From: Candidatus Caenarcanales bacterium | Lineage (GTDB): Bacteria > Cyanobacteriota > Vampirovibrionia > LMEP-6097 | NCBI GenBank assembly: GCA_947459525.1 | Contig: CANHDW010000001.1 | Location: 3,714-67,713, forward strand | Length of the DNA: 64,000 nucleotides | Direction of reading: 5' to 3' | Shown here: positions 1-9,931 of the stretch, in pieces | How positions within the stretch are numbered: the stretch's first letter is position 1 | Layout: each line of letters opens with the position of its first letter | The notes under the pieces: generated by a model | Seen by the model: only the letters and a program-made list of their open reading frames with translations | Told to the model about the DNA's origin: nothing | Database searches by the model: none | Made by a program: the position numbers and the translations under genes

Positions 1-1359
1 ACTTGGGAGTAAATACCATTTCTCTTTACTAAGTTTATTCGTATCTAATATATCTTTAGCTCTAAAAGCATAATAATCGAGTGGGTGTGCGGCGATTAAA
101 TTATTAAAAACACGGCGAGCCTCATCATTACTGTTTCTTTCTAAATGAATTTTCCCCATCCAGAACGCCACAAAAGAATGCGACTTAGCATTAGGGAATT
201 TTTGCCAGTGTTCTTGATAAGTTTTCTCTGCTAGATGATAGGCTTTACGCTTATAATCGAGCCAAAAAACTCTAGCCATACTTTCAGCAGCATAATTACT
301 ATCTGGATATTTCTGAAACAGCTCTTCATAGTCAGTCTTAAGCTTAGTCACCTCAGCGATAGACCAGAGTAATTCATCCTGATTAGCTTTCGCCACTGCA
401 TAAATTTCTTTAAAACTAGGTAAAAGATTCGTCGAATCATCTAAAGTTTTTAAAGCCTCTAAAAGCTGCTGTGATACAGCAAGAGACTCTGTCAGCTTAA
501 GCTTGTCTACCAAAAATGCTTTAGCTAAATCATACTGCTTATTTTTCGCTAAAGTTCTAGCATAAGGTAAATAAAATTTATCAGTAAAATCCACAGCACT
601 AGAATCGAAATACTCTATAGCTTTTTCATAATTCTCTAAATGATAGTAGACCAAGGCTATATCATTTCTATACTGCTTTAAAGCCTCTATACCAGCCATC
701 TCTTCGACAGCGAGTGCAGCAAGATTAGCATTTGGTGACTTCTGTATATATTTCACTAATTTTTCATTTCTAATTTCAGGATCTTCACTTAAATTAGCTA
801 AATAATAATCAGCACCTAGAGCATATTCAGAATCAGGATATTTATTCTGGACTTCTGTAAAAAGCTTAGTCGCATTCTCTTTCAAACTCTGTCTGAGATA
901 TGATTTAGCCAGCATATATTTAAACTCTGGCTCATTCGGTAATACTTCTATTAATTTCTCTAAAGTATTTACTATCGCAGACTCGTCACCTACCTTAGCA
1001 GCATAATCGAGTAATATTTTCTTAGAGAAGCGTGGAAGGTAGTTATAGTCTATATCATAAGAATAAATATAAGCTATCATCGGCTCCCCTAAAGAATTAG
1101 CTAGCCTAGAAATTAAATATTTTCTGCGATTTTCAAGTAAATTAGACTTAAACTTAGTTTTAATCAGCTTCTTTAATTTATCTTGAGAAGATAAATTCGG
1201 ATTTTCAGTAATTTTATCTAAGGCTTTATTCGAAATTTTTTCGCCTAAATCGATTTTTTTAGGACTTTCAGCAGAACCAAAAAGCGTAAAAGTATAATAA
1301 GCGAAGCCTAAAAATAGGCTCAGTGATAGAAAAAAATATAGAGGTAAGTATTTTTTCAT
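1..1359 (-). CDS. TPR-rich periplasmic protein, probable soluble lytic transglycosylase (Slt-type); 3' end runs off the window
   Basis: Not in the ORF track. ATG at 1359 gives MKKYLPLYFFLSLSLFLGFAYYTF (signal/anchor), then helical TPR-like segments and FWMGK...HPLDYYAFRA, typical of Slt N-terminal regions. The catalytic domain is not in the window. Confidence 0.6.
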   Translation of the reverse strand, partial: MKKYLPLYFFLSLSLFLGFAYYTFTLFGSAESPKKIDLGEKISNKALDKITENPNLSSQDKLKKLIKTKFKSNLLENRRKYLISRLANSLGEPMIAYIYSYDIDYNYLPRFSKKILLDYAAKVGDESAIVNTLEKLIEVLPNEPEFKYMLAKSYLRQSLKENATKLFTEVQNKYPDSEYALGADYYLANLSEDPEIRNEKLVKYIQKSPNANLAALAVEEMAGIEALKQYRNDIALVYYHLENYEKAIEYFDSSAVDFTDKFYLPYARTLAKNKQYDLAKAFLVDKLKLTESLAVSQQLLEALKTLDDSTNLLPSFKEIYAVAKANQDELLWSIAEVTKLKTDYEELFQKYPDSNYAAESMARVFWLDYKRKAYHLAEKTYQEHWQKFPNAKSHSFVAFWMGKIHLERNSNDEARRVFNNLIAAHPLDYYAFRAKDILDTNKLSKEKWYLLPS

Positions 1360-1368
1360 CTCGAATAA

Positions 1369-2049
1369 TTATAATGCTTTAGTAATCGCCCGTCCCATAA
1401 CTATGTAATCAGCCCCACTCGCTATAGCCTTCTCTGGGGTCATAATACGCTGCTGATCATCACTATTAGTATCCGTAAATCTAATCCCTGGACAAACTGT
1501 TAAAAAATTATTTCCACACTGCTTTTTAATTAAATTAGCTTCATGAGCTGAACATACCACTCCATCTAAGCCCGCTTCTTTAGAATTTAAAGCTAGCTTC
1601 AGAACATAATCTTCTAATGTAGTATTAATTAAAAGATCGTCCCTGAGCATATCCTGAGACATACTAGTAAGTATGGTAACTGCGATTAATTTAGTTTTAG
1701 GTGAGACTTCTTTTATCGCGTCAGCAGCAGCTTTCATAACAGCCTTACCCGCAAAGGAATGAATATTAGTAATATCTACATTTAACTTAGCTATAGCTTT
1801 TAAGGCTGATGCAGTGGTATTAGGGATATCATGAATTTTCAGATCTAAGAAAATCTTAAAACCCATATCCTGAATTTCACGAACCATCTCTGGTCCCTCA
1901 CTATAAAAGAGCTCCATGCCAATTTTAAGCATCGCAGGTCTAAAGCTTTCATCATTACAGCGTTTCAGAAATTTAAAAGTTTCCTCTTTAGAAGAAAAAT
2001 CTAATGCAACTATTAATTTATTTAAGGCTTCTGGGCTGAGTTTAGACAT
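1369..2049 (-). CDS. pyrF: Orotidine-5'-phosphate decarboxylase
   Basis: LIVALD, FLDLKIHDIPNT, VCPGIR, DQQRIMTP, MGRAIT motifs. Confidence 0.97.
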   Translation of the reverse strand: MSKLSPEALNKLIVALDFSSKEETFKFLKRCNDESFRPAMLKIGMELFYSEGPEMVREIQDMGFKIFLDLKIHDIPNTTASALKAIAKLNVDITNIHSFAGKAVMKAAADAIKEVSPKTKLIAVTILTSMSQDMLRDDLLINTTLEDYVLKLALNSKEAGLDGVVCSAHEANLIKKQCGNNFLTVCPGIRFTDTNSDDQQRIMTPEKAIASGADYIVMGRAITKAL

Positions 2050-2064
2050 GATATTTATTCTATA

Positions 2065-2480
2065 TTAGGTGTTTTTTAATATCTCAATATAAAAATTTTC
2101 AAAATCTTGAAGATGATTATTTAAAATGCTTTCTAATATAGAAACCTCTAAACTATCATAAGCATGTACTGCAATATTACGAAACCTACCATCTTAATTA
2201 ATTTTTGTGAAAGCTCATTGCTTATAATATTGTTTTTAGCCAGTAATACAAAGCTATCTTTCATTGAATTTGTGCTACCAAGCTGATTTACTGAGATAAT
2301 ATGAGTTGCTATATCTATAGAAGCTTGTATCGCACGCTCTAGATTAATGACTACAGCATCTTGAGTTTTGAAATCTGCGAGGCTAGAGCTATCTAAGTTA
2401 TTCGTATAGTTTTTAATACTATTCAAGCAGTTTTGAATATTGCCGATTTTTTGCCTGATTAGGTCTTGATTGAGTTTCAT
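2065..2480 (-). pseudogene. hepT: HepT-like (DUF86/HEPN) RNase toxin, frameshifted by a 1-bp deletion near 2181-2183
   Basis: The tracked frame reads LERAIQASIDIA...KMVGF. The conserved RNIAVHAY (RX4HXY) and the rest of the protein continue in another frame to TAA at 2065-2067. Confidence 0.85.
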
Positions 2481-2487
2481 AGTTCAT

Positions 2488-2871
2488 TTATTTCCCTAAA
2501 TTCTTATAAAGCTCTCTATTAGTGATTTGCAGATCATGATATAAATTCACAGTTTTGATTTTCCATAACTCATAATCTAGAGAGGAATTAATAAAAACGA
2601 TTTGGTGATTTTTGAGAATTTCCATAGAGAGTATGGTATTCGCTGTATTTAAACAACAGAGATCTATATCTGGCAGTATATCTATTTCAGAAAGAGAGCT
2701 TGAAATATCTAAGATGTTTAAAGGCTTTTTATAATCAGTTAAGTAAGCTATATCTATATCACTAGTGGCTTTAGCAGTTTTATTAGCTTGAGAACCATAG
2801 ATTAACACTGCATGTAATGCTGAGTTAGACTGAAGCTTAGCTGTGATCGCCTTAATGAACACTTCTAGCAT
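2488..2871 (-). CDS. mntA: MntA-type minimal nucleotidyltransferase antitoxin
   Basis: YGSQA...SDIDIA (GSX10DXD) motif, 127 aa, directly upstream of the DUF86 gene. Confidence 0.85.
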   Translation of the reverse strand: MLEVFIKAITAKLQSNSALHAVLIYGSQANKTAKATSDIDIAYLTDYKKPLNILDISSSLSEIDILPDIDLCCLNTANTILSMEILKNHQIVFINSSLDYELWKIKTVNLYHDLQITNRELYKNLGK

Positions 2872-3778
2872 GACTTAAAGCAGCTCCAATAATTTCTTTC
2901 AGTGACTTAATTTGGGCACTCTCTAAATGATTCTCTAAAGCTTTTATCAACTCAGGACAAGCAAAGGGATCTATAAAATTAGCAGTACCTACTGCTAAGG
3001 CTGAAGCTCCAGCGAAAAAAAACTCTAAAGCATCATCCACAGACTGAATCCCACCCATCCCGATGATAGGTAAATTCACCTCACTTGCCACTTCATATAC
3101 CATACGAATAGCGACAGGTTTAATCGCAGGTCCAGAAAGACCGCCACTGCCTCTCGCTAGAATAGGCTTGCGAGTTTTTAAATCTATACGCATACCTAAA
3201 AGAGTATTAATCAGCGATAATCCATCAGCTCCAGCTCGCTGAGCAGCTTTAGCCATAGATACTATGCTGGTTACATTAGGCGAGAGTTTAACGAAGAGTG
3301 GAATATTTATCACCTTCTTCACCTCTCTAGTTAAGACTTCTAGAGACTCTTCATTAGAACCGAATTGTATACCATTATGCACATTAGGACAGGAGACATT
3401 AAGCTCTACAGCAGAGACATTTGTGACCTGACTTAATTTCGCACAGGTACTTACATAATCTTCGATAGAACTGCCAGCGACATTAGCAAAAATCGCAGTG
3501 TCATACTGAGCTAAAAAAGCCAATTCTTCAGCTACAACCTTTTCCACACCAGGGTTTTGCAGCCCTATCGAATTAAGCATGCCACCTGGTGTCTCAGCTA
3601 CCCTCGGCGTCCAGTTTCCAGTACGCGGCTCCCAGCTAGTAGCTTTAATCGCTATGCCACCTAAAACAGAAAGATCATAAAACTTAGCATACTCTCTACC
3701 GAAGCCAAAGCAGCCAGAAGCTGGCATTATCGGGTTCTTTAATTTAATTCCAGCTATTTCAGTAGCGAGCAAGTTCAC
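2852..3778 (-). CDS. pyrD: Dihydroorotate dehydrogenase family 1 catalytic subunit
   Basis: [42 protein letters not shown]. Confidence 0.96.
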   Translation of the reverse strand: MNLLATEIAGIKLKNPIMPASGCFGFGREYAKFYDLSVLGGIAIKATSWEPRTGNWTPRVAETPGGMLNSIGLQNPGVEKVVAEELAFLAQYDTAIFANVAGSSIEDYVSTCAKLSQVTNVSAVELNVSCPNVHNGIQFGSNEESLEVLTREVKKVINIPLFVKLSPNVTSIVSMAKAAQRAGADGLSLINTLLGMRIDLKTRKPILARGSGGLSGPAIKPVAIRMVYEVASEVNLPIIGMGGIQSVDDALEFFFAGASALAVGTANFIDPFACPELIKALENHLESAQIKSLKEIIGAALSHARSVH

Positions 3779-3826
3779 GGTCTATGATTTTAGCAGTTTG
3801 TCAGCTTATAATGAAGACTAGTCACT

Positions 3827-5536
3827 ATGTCTGCCAGCAATTTTAATACAGCGAATCTTACTTATCGTCAATTAATTGGTAATGGACAAACGTATAATGT
3901 ACCTCATTTTCAACGTGATTATAGTTGGAGTAATGAAGAATGGGATGATTTGTGGCTTGATATTAATAACTTAATACGCGAGGATGAAGATGCGCACTAT
4001 ATGGGTTATCTAGTTCTAAGATCCAAAGATAGTAAAAATTTTGATATTGTTGATGGTCAGCAAAGATTAACTACACTTAGCATCCTTGCCCTAGCTGTCT
4101 TAAAAAACTTTGAAAGATTGATTAAAGAAGGCGTAGACCCTGAAAACAATAAATTACGTCAAGAACAATTACGTAATAGTTTTATTGGCTACTTAGACCC
4201 AGTAACTCTTTTATCTAAATCTAAATTAACTTTAAATAGAAATAATGATCATTTTTATCAGAGCTGTATTGTCAGTCTTACCGATATTCCGAAGCGCAAT
4301 CTCAGCTCTAGCAATCGCTTACTCCGTGAAGCTTTTAAATGGTTTGAAAAAAAAACTTGGGATAATTATGGAGCTAAACTTAATGGAGCTGAGTTAGCTG
4401 CTTTTATTGATAAATTAAGTGATAAATTATTTTTCACAGTAATAACAGTTACAGATGAGCTTAATGCATATAAAGTCTTTGAAACCTTAAATGCAAGAGG
4501 CGTAAAACTATCAGCTACCGACCTTCTCAAAAATTATCTTTTTTCTGTAATTTACAAAGACTCTAAAGAAAATAATGAAATCTCTCAAATAGAAAGTAAA
4601 TGGGAAGAATTAGTTTCTCAATTAGGTGGAGATGATTTCCCTAACTTTCTTAGAGCACACTGGAACAGTAGAAAATCCTTCGCAAGACATACTGAATTAT
4701 TTAAAACTATAAGAAATAGTATTAAGACTAGAGCTGAAGTATTTAAGTTATTAAGAAAAATGGAAGAGGATGTCGGTATCTATGCGGCTTTATCTGAGCC
4801 AGAAGATAATTTATGGTCCAATCCTAATATAAAAACTTACATAGGAGAGCTTAGAATGTTTAGTGTTAGACAAATCTATCCTCTCTTAATGGCTATTTAT
4901 CAAAATTTTGGACAAGATGACTTTGAGCTAATGCTCAAAGCCGCCTCCGTAATCTCTTTTCGCTATAACGTTATATGCAACAACTCAGCTAATGACCAAG
5001 AAAGGATTTATAATACTGTAGCTGAAAAGGTCTCATCTCAAGAGTTTAAATCCATCAATGATGTTTTAAATAGCTTAAAAGCTATTTACCCTAATGATGA
5101 TGCCTTTGAATATGCCTTTACCCATAAAGAACTCCGTACTACTCAAACAAGAAACAAAAAGGTTTTACGCTATATATTATTTAAGCTAGAAAACCATATT
5201 TCTCAGAATATTTTTGACCCAAATGCTGATATTTACAATATTGAGCATATTTTACCTGAACACCCCGATGATGGCTGGGACAGCTTTTCTGACGAACAAC
5301 ATGAGCAATTTTTATATAGAATTGGCAACATGACATTGCTTGACAGAAATGATAACAAAGAACTTGGAAATCATAGCTACGATATTAAAAAAATTCAATA
5401 TTCTAAAAGTTGTTTTAAGATAAGTACAGAAATATCAAATCTATATGACGAATGGGGTGTGGCACGCATTAATAGTAGGCAAGCATGGATGGCGAAACAG
5501 GCTAAATCTATTTGGAAAATTAGCCAGCTTTCTTGA
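3827..5536 (+). CDS. DUF262 + DUF1524 (HNH) GmrSD-like restriction endonuclease
   Basis: PHFQRDYSW, DGQQRLTT and FETLNARG (DUF262); IEHILPE...IGNMTLL..N (DUF1524 HNH). Confidence 0.9.
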   Translation: MSASNFNTANLTYRQLIGNGQTYNVPHFQRDYSWSNEEWDDLWLDINNLIREDEDAHYMGYLVLRSKDSKNFDIVDGQQRLTTLSILALAVLKNFERLIKEGVDPENNKLRQEQLRNSFIGYLDPVTLLSKSKLTLNRNNDHFYQSCIVSLTDIPKRNLSSSNRLLREAFKWFEKKTWDNYGAKLNGAELAAFIDKLSDKLFFTVITVTDELNAYKVFETLNARGVKLSATDLLKNYLFSVIYKDSKENNEISQIESKWEELVSQLGGDDFPNFLRAHWNSRKSFARHTELFKTIRNSIKTRAEVFKLLRKMEEDVGIYAALSEPEDNLWSNPNIKTYIGELRMFSVRQIYPLLMAIYQNFGQDDFELMLKAASVISFRYNVICNNSANDQERIYNTVAEKVSSQEFKSINDVLNSLKAIYPNDDAFEYAFTHKELRTTQTRNKKVLRYILFKLENHISQNIFDPNADIYNIEHILPEHPDDGWDSFSDEQHEQFLYRIGNMTLLDRNDNKELGNHSYDIKKIQYSKSCFKISTEISNLYDEWGVARINSRQAWMAKQAKSIWKISQLS

Positions 5537-5556
5537 GAGTTGAAATTCAGCGACAA
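5537..5556. repeat. Degenerate end of the palindromic element family
   Basis: Reverse complement TGTCGCTGAATTTCAA resembles the element end TGTTGCCGAATTCCAA (21521-21536 reverse complement). Confidence 0.4.
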
Positions 5557-5569
5557 TTAAATAAATTAG

Positions 5570-6259
5570 CTATGAAATAAATCTAGCCTGAACCACTTCA
5601 GCCACAGTCCGAAACTTAATCCCAGAAAACCGTTCTATAGAATTCAAACTAGCCTCTAACTGAGCTGCTTCCATAGCTTTACTAGTACGATGAAAGTCTT
5701 GCTGAATTTCAAATTCTACGTTACCACAAACCTCAGCCAAAATTAATGCCTGAATATTCAACCCCTTAGCTTTAGCATGTTCTATAGATAGTAAAGTCTG
5801 ATTAATAGTACCTAAGACTGGTTTAGTTATAAGCACAGTAGCTAAATTTAAAGCTTTAGCGACATCACTAATCATTTCAGTAGAATTAATCGGTACGGCA
5901 AGCCCTCCAGCCCCTTCTACGACGATAAATTTATAGTCCAGTTTTAATTTTTCAAAATCAAGAACTATTTTATTAATATCTACCGTCACATTTTCAAGCG
6001 AAGATGCATAATCTGGAGAAGCTGGAAAATCAAACTCATAAGTACAGTAAGTATCTATATCTGGGCAAGCCCTCTCTATACATTGATAATCAGCTTCATA
6101 AAAGATGTTACCAAAAAGCTCTTTAGCATCTTTACCACACTGAATCGGCTTATAGTAAGCTATGTAACGCCTGTCAATAATCTGAGCTACAGCCTCTATA
6201 ATCTTCTGAGAAAAAAAAGTTTTACCAACACCTGTATCAGTAGCAGTAATAAAAATCAT
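5570..6259 (-). CDS. bioD: Dethiobiotin synthase
   Basis: FITATDTGVGKT, YKPIQCG, VEGAGGLAVP, LGTINQTLL. Confidence 0.95.
   Translation of the reverse strand: MIFITATDTGVGKTFFSQKIIEAVAQIIDRRYIAYYKPIQCGKDAKELFGNIFYEADYQCIERACPDIDTYCTYEFDFPASPDYASSLENVTVDINKIVLDFEKLKLDYKFIVVEGAGGLAVPINSTEMISDVAKALNLATVLITKPVLGTINQTLLSIEHAKAKGLNIQALILAEVCGNVEFEIQQDFHRTSKAMEAAQLEASLNSIERFSGIKFRTVAEVVQARFIS
5695..5738. repeat. Intragenic palindromic-element remnant in bioD
   Basis: TTGCTGAATTTCAAATTCTACGTT matches TTGCCGAATTCCAATTTCTGCGTT at 20/24 positions, followed by CCTCAGCC. Confidence 0.55.
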
Positions 6260-6302
6260 TCGTCCTCCTCAGCCTTGAACTTGTTCGTTCGGCTGCAAGC
6301 CC
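6256..6302. repeat. Palindromic-element right half, overlapping the bioD start
   Basis: TCATTCGTCCTCCTCAG is identical to 56479-56495; CAGCCTTGAACTTG is identical to 56379-56392. Confidence 0.8.
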
Positions 6303-6304
6303 AA

Positions 6305-7660
6305 CTAATAAGTTAGGCTATTAGCCTCAGATTCACCAGCATTCTTCGGTAAAATACGTGCAGATAATTCGCTTTCTTCCAGCTCAATATCCGCCTGCTC
6401 AGGAAAATTATCTCCAAGATTTTTAAACATTTTATTTAAAATCAAACAAGACAGAGAATCAAAAGTTACATTTACCATAGTTCTTGTCATATCAAGAATA
6501 CGATCAATACTAATAATTACACCAATAGCTTCTAAAGGTAATCCTACAGCTTGAAATACTATAGCCATAGTAATTAAACTACCGTGAGGAATACCTGGAG
6601 TTCCAAAAGTCGCTAAGAGAACCATTCCCACCACAAATATCTGTTGAGTTAAAGTTAAAGGCTCTGGCAGCCAAGCTTGCGCCACAAACAAGGTAACAAT
6701 AGATTCATAAATAGCTGCCCCGCACATATTCATAGAAGCACCAATAGGAATAACAAAGCTCGCTATTTTATTAGGAATATTAAACTTCTTCTCTAAAGTT
6801 TCTAAAGTGATAGGAATAGAAGCAGCTGAACTAGAAGTGCTAAAAGCAGTCAGCATAACCTCTTTCATGCCACTGAAAAACTGTAATGGAGTAAAATCTG
6901 TAAAAAAGTGAACCAAAATCGGAGCCACTACTAATATCATCGCCGCAAAAGCAATTAATACAGTACTCACAAAAGGCATGTAATTCGCTAAAGAACTAAG
7001 ACCACCGATAGCAACAGTCTTTGTGATTAAAGCAAAAATACCAAATGGCGATATCGCCATAATCCAATGAGTGACTTTTAATATCGCATTTAAACAAGCT
7101 TTGAAAAAATCAAGAACCATCTTCCCATTTTTCACTTTAATTAAAGCAACAGAGAATAAGATAGAAACTAAAATAATCTGTAACAAAGAACCCGCAGCAA
7201 GTGACTTAAAGATATTATCGGGTACTATGCCGAATATTAAATCACCAAAGCTAAAGCTCGATTCAGTAATGAATTTCACATCATCAGCTGCCGGATTAGA
7301 GTCTATAAGACTATGTAAATCAATATGATAACCAGGTTTAAAGAAATTTACGAAGACAAGACCAAAGCCCGCTGCAAACAGCATCAAGCCTTTAAATAAT
7401 AAAAATGTTACTAAGCCTACTTTCCCTAAGCTCTGAACGGGTAAATGCCCAACCCCAACAATAATAGAAGAAATTATAAGCGGTAGAACTATCATTTTTA
7501 AAAGCTTCAGGAAAAGATCACCAATCCAGCTAATATGCGAAAGCTTAACGATTCCAAGACTTGGATCTTGCATATCTGTACCAGACACAGAGAAGAAATA
7601 ACCTAGTATCGCACCAAGGGCAAGACCGATAAAAATTCTCCAATGTAAATCAAGTTTCAT
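6305..7660 (-). CDS. Dicarboxylate/amino acid:cation symporter (GltP/DctA family)
   Basis: FLKLLKMIVLP, AFSTSSSAASIP, GASMNMCG, DRILDMTRTMVNV; multiple TM segments. Confidence 0.93.
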   Translation of the reverse strand: MKLDLHWRIFIGLALGAILGYFFSVSGTDMQDPSLGIVKLSHISWIGDLFLKLLKMIVLPLIISSIIVGVGHLPVQSLGKVGLVTFLLFKGLMLFAAGFGLVFVNFFKPGYHIDLHSLIDSNPAADDVKFITESSFSFGDLIFGIVPDNIFKSLAAGSLLQIILVSILFSVALIKVKNGKMVLDFFKACLNAILKVTHWIMAISPFGIFALITKTVAIGGLSSLANYMPFVSTVLIAFAAMILVVAPILVHFFTDFTPLQFFSGMKEVMLTAFSTSSSAASIPITLETLEKKFNIPNKIASFVIPIGASMNMCGAAIYESIVTLFVAQAWLPEPLTLTQQIFVVGMVLLATFGTPGIPHGSLITMAIVFQAVGLPLEAIGVIISIDRILDMTRTMVNVTFDSLSCLILNKMFKNLGDNFPEQADIELEESELSARILPKNAGESEANSLTY

Positions 7661-7709
7661 AATTAATAGTTAAAGTTATAATATGCAATTTAGAAATTAA
7701 AAGCAAGCT

Positions 7710-8684
7710 TCAAGATAAAATTTTATTTTTATCTTGAAACCATTCTATGAATTTATCTAAACCTTCACTAAGATGCGTCTTAGGATTATAAGCAAGCAGT
7801 GACTTAGCTTTAGAAGTATCAGCACAAGTTATAGGAACATCACCTACCACCTTATCTTGATAAGAAATAATCGCAGACTTGTTTAGCTTAGTTTCAAGAA
7901 GAGATATTAATTCACTTACAGTGTATGTCCGTGATTCTCCTAAATTAAATATCTCAAATTTAGTATTAAAGTCTATAGCCTTAGTAATCCCATCTAAAAT
8001 ATCATCAATATAAGTATAATCACGCTGATAGGAGCCATCACCATAAACTGGAATGGGCTTTCCTGAAGATATCAGCTCTGAAAATTTATGGATGGCTAGA
8101 TCAGGTCTCTGCCTAGCTCCGTAAACAGTAAAGAACCTTAAACAAACTGACGAAAGAGAGTCTACCGAATGTGTCATCGCATGCACCATCGCTTCACCAG
8201 AGACTTTAGTCGCAGCATAGGGGCTGATAGGTTTACTAATATCTTCATCTTCTTTAAACGGTGTCACTGAGCGAGATCCATAGACAGAACTACTAGAAGC
8301 GAAAACGAATTTAGATACTTTATATTTCTTTGCAAGATCTAACAAATTAATGGTGGAGTGATTATTTACAGTATCGTAAAGCCGAGGATTCTCTAATGAA
8401 GGTCTAACACCAGCCATCGCTGCTAAATGAACTATATGAGTAAAATTATATTTTTCAAAAAGCTCTTCTAAAGCATCATAATCTAATAAATCAAGCTCAT
8501 AGACAGTAGCATTAGTGCTTAAATAATGTTTTTTACTATTATCACGCTTGATCTGAGGTGAATAAAAATCACAAAAATTATCGACCCCGACCAGCTTATC
8601 GCCTCTATCTATAAGTAAATCCATTAAATGTGAACCGATAAACCCAGCGGAACCTGTTATTAAGATAGTCCTAGAAGTATTCAT
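7710..8684 (-). CDS. NAD-dependent epimerase/dehydratase (UDP-glucuronate 4-epimerase-like)
   Basis: TGSAGFIG, HLAAMAGVRPS, SSSSVYG, YAATK, LRFFTVYG, RPDLA. Confidence 0.92.
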   Translation of the reverse strand: MNTSRTILITGSAGFIGSHLMDLLIDRGDKLVGVDNFCDFYSPQIKRDNSKKHYLSTNATVYELDLLDYDALEELFEKYNFTHIVHLAAMAGVRPSLENPRLYDTVNNHSTINLLDLAKKYKVSKFVFASSSSVYGSRSVTPFKEDEDISKPISPYAATKVSGEAMVHAMTHSVDSLSSVCLRFFTVYGARQRPDLAIHKFSELISSGKPIPVYGDGSYQRDYTYIDDILDGITKAIDFNTKFEIFNLGESRTYTVSELISLLETKLNKSAIISYQDKVVGDVPITCADTSKAKSLLAYNPKTHLSEGLDKFIEWFQDKNKILS

Positions 8685-9298
8685 AGCTGACCTTGTTCAA
8701 TAAAGCTATTAATAAGATTAACTATTCGCTCATGAAGCACTTCACGAGAATGATTCTCTACATTTATAATTTTCACTCGTTCTGGCTCTTCATGTGCGAT
8801 AGTCTTATAGCCATTGGCTACCCTAATGAAAAATAGTTTATTCTCCTGCTCAATTCTGTCTGGAACTCCCTCACGCCTTCTTGTAGCTTCATCTGCATCT
8901 ATCATTAACATCAAAGTAAGGTCGGGCTTAATACCTTTAGTAACATAAGCATTTAACTGCCTAATAATTCCTAAATCTAAATTCCTGCCATAACCTTGAT
9001 AGGCTAAAGTGCTATCAGTAAAACGATCACAGATAACGACTTTCGTCGGATCTTTAATTAAAGAATGATATTCTTCTACATGCTGGGCTCTATCAGCAAG
9101 ATAAACTAGCAATTCCGCTTTATCTGATACTTTATAATCCCTATCAAGAATTAATTCTCTAAGCCGTTTACCAAGATCAGTACCACCCGGATTAGAAGTA
9201 AATAACCAATCCTTATTATTCTCAGCCGCATACTTCTTTAATAAAGATACCTGAGTAGTCTTTCCAGCTTGATCTGGCCCTTCAATAGTAATGAACAT
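8681..9298 (-). CDS. tmk: Thymidylate kinase
   Basis: FITIEGPDQAGKTT, DRFTDSTLAYQG, PDLTL. Confidence 0.95.
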   Translation of the reverse strand: MFITIEGPDQAGKTTQVSLLKKYAAENNKDWLFTSNPGGTDLGKRLRELILDRDYKVSDKAELLVYLADRAQHVEEYHSLIKDPTKVVICDRFTDSTLAYQGYGRNLDLGIIRQLNAYVTKGIKPDLTLMLMIDADEATRRREGVPDRIEQENKLFFIRVANGYKTIAHEEPERVKIINVENHSREVLHERIVNLINSFIEQGQL

Positions 9299-9325
9299 GA
9301 AATAAAATTATGACACGTATAAAAC

Positions 9326-9784
9326 TTAGATAGCTTGAACTTTAACGATAATAGTCACAGAAATCTGAGCAGCTAAATTTAGTTTAACTTCAAAATCACC
9401 AATAGCTCTAATAGGTGTTTTTAAATCAATCTGATCTTTAGCAATTTTAATAGAAAGCTGCTGCTCAACAGCGTTACTAACATCCTCTTTAGTAATAGCA
9501 CCGAAAAGCTTACCAGATTCACCAGCTTTAGCCTCAATCTTAACAAACTGCTCATCAAGCTTAGCTTTAAGCTGTTCTGCTTTTTCTCTTCTCTGCTGAG
9601 CTTCTTCTTCAAGTTTACTCTTTCTCACTTCATACTCGGCAAGCGTAAATCTATTAGCCAGATGAGCAAGACCTCTTGGTAAAAGAAAATTTCTAGCGTA
9701 ACCAGGTTTTACTTTTACAAGTTCACCAGCCTTACCTAAATGTTCAACATCATCAACTAAAATTAAATCTAAAGCAGAAGCCAT
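9326..9784 (-). CDS. rplI: 50S ribosomal protein L9
   Basis: LGKAGELVKVKPGYARNFLLP, GKLFGAIT; start moved to ATG 9784 (MASALDLIL). Confidence 0.96.
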   Translation of the reverse strand: MASALDLILVDDVEHLGKAGELVKVKPGYARNFLLPRGLAHLANRFTLAEYEVRKSKLEEEAQQRREKAEQLKAKLDEQFVKIEAKAGESGKLFGAITKEDVSNAVEQQLSIKIAKDQIDLKTPIRAIGDFEVKLNLAAQISVTIIVKVQAI

Positions 9785-9931
9785 AAGAAAATTTATTTTA
9801 ACACAATCAAATTTCACAATGGACGAAATATTATTCTTCCTTAATGAAGTTATTTTATCTTTGATAGAATATTTTCTTTAAGTCAATTTTGATTTATCAA
9901 GATCTAGCTTAAGAGTCCCACAAATTCCTGA

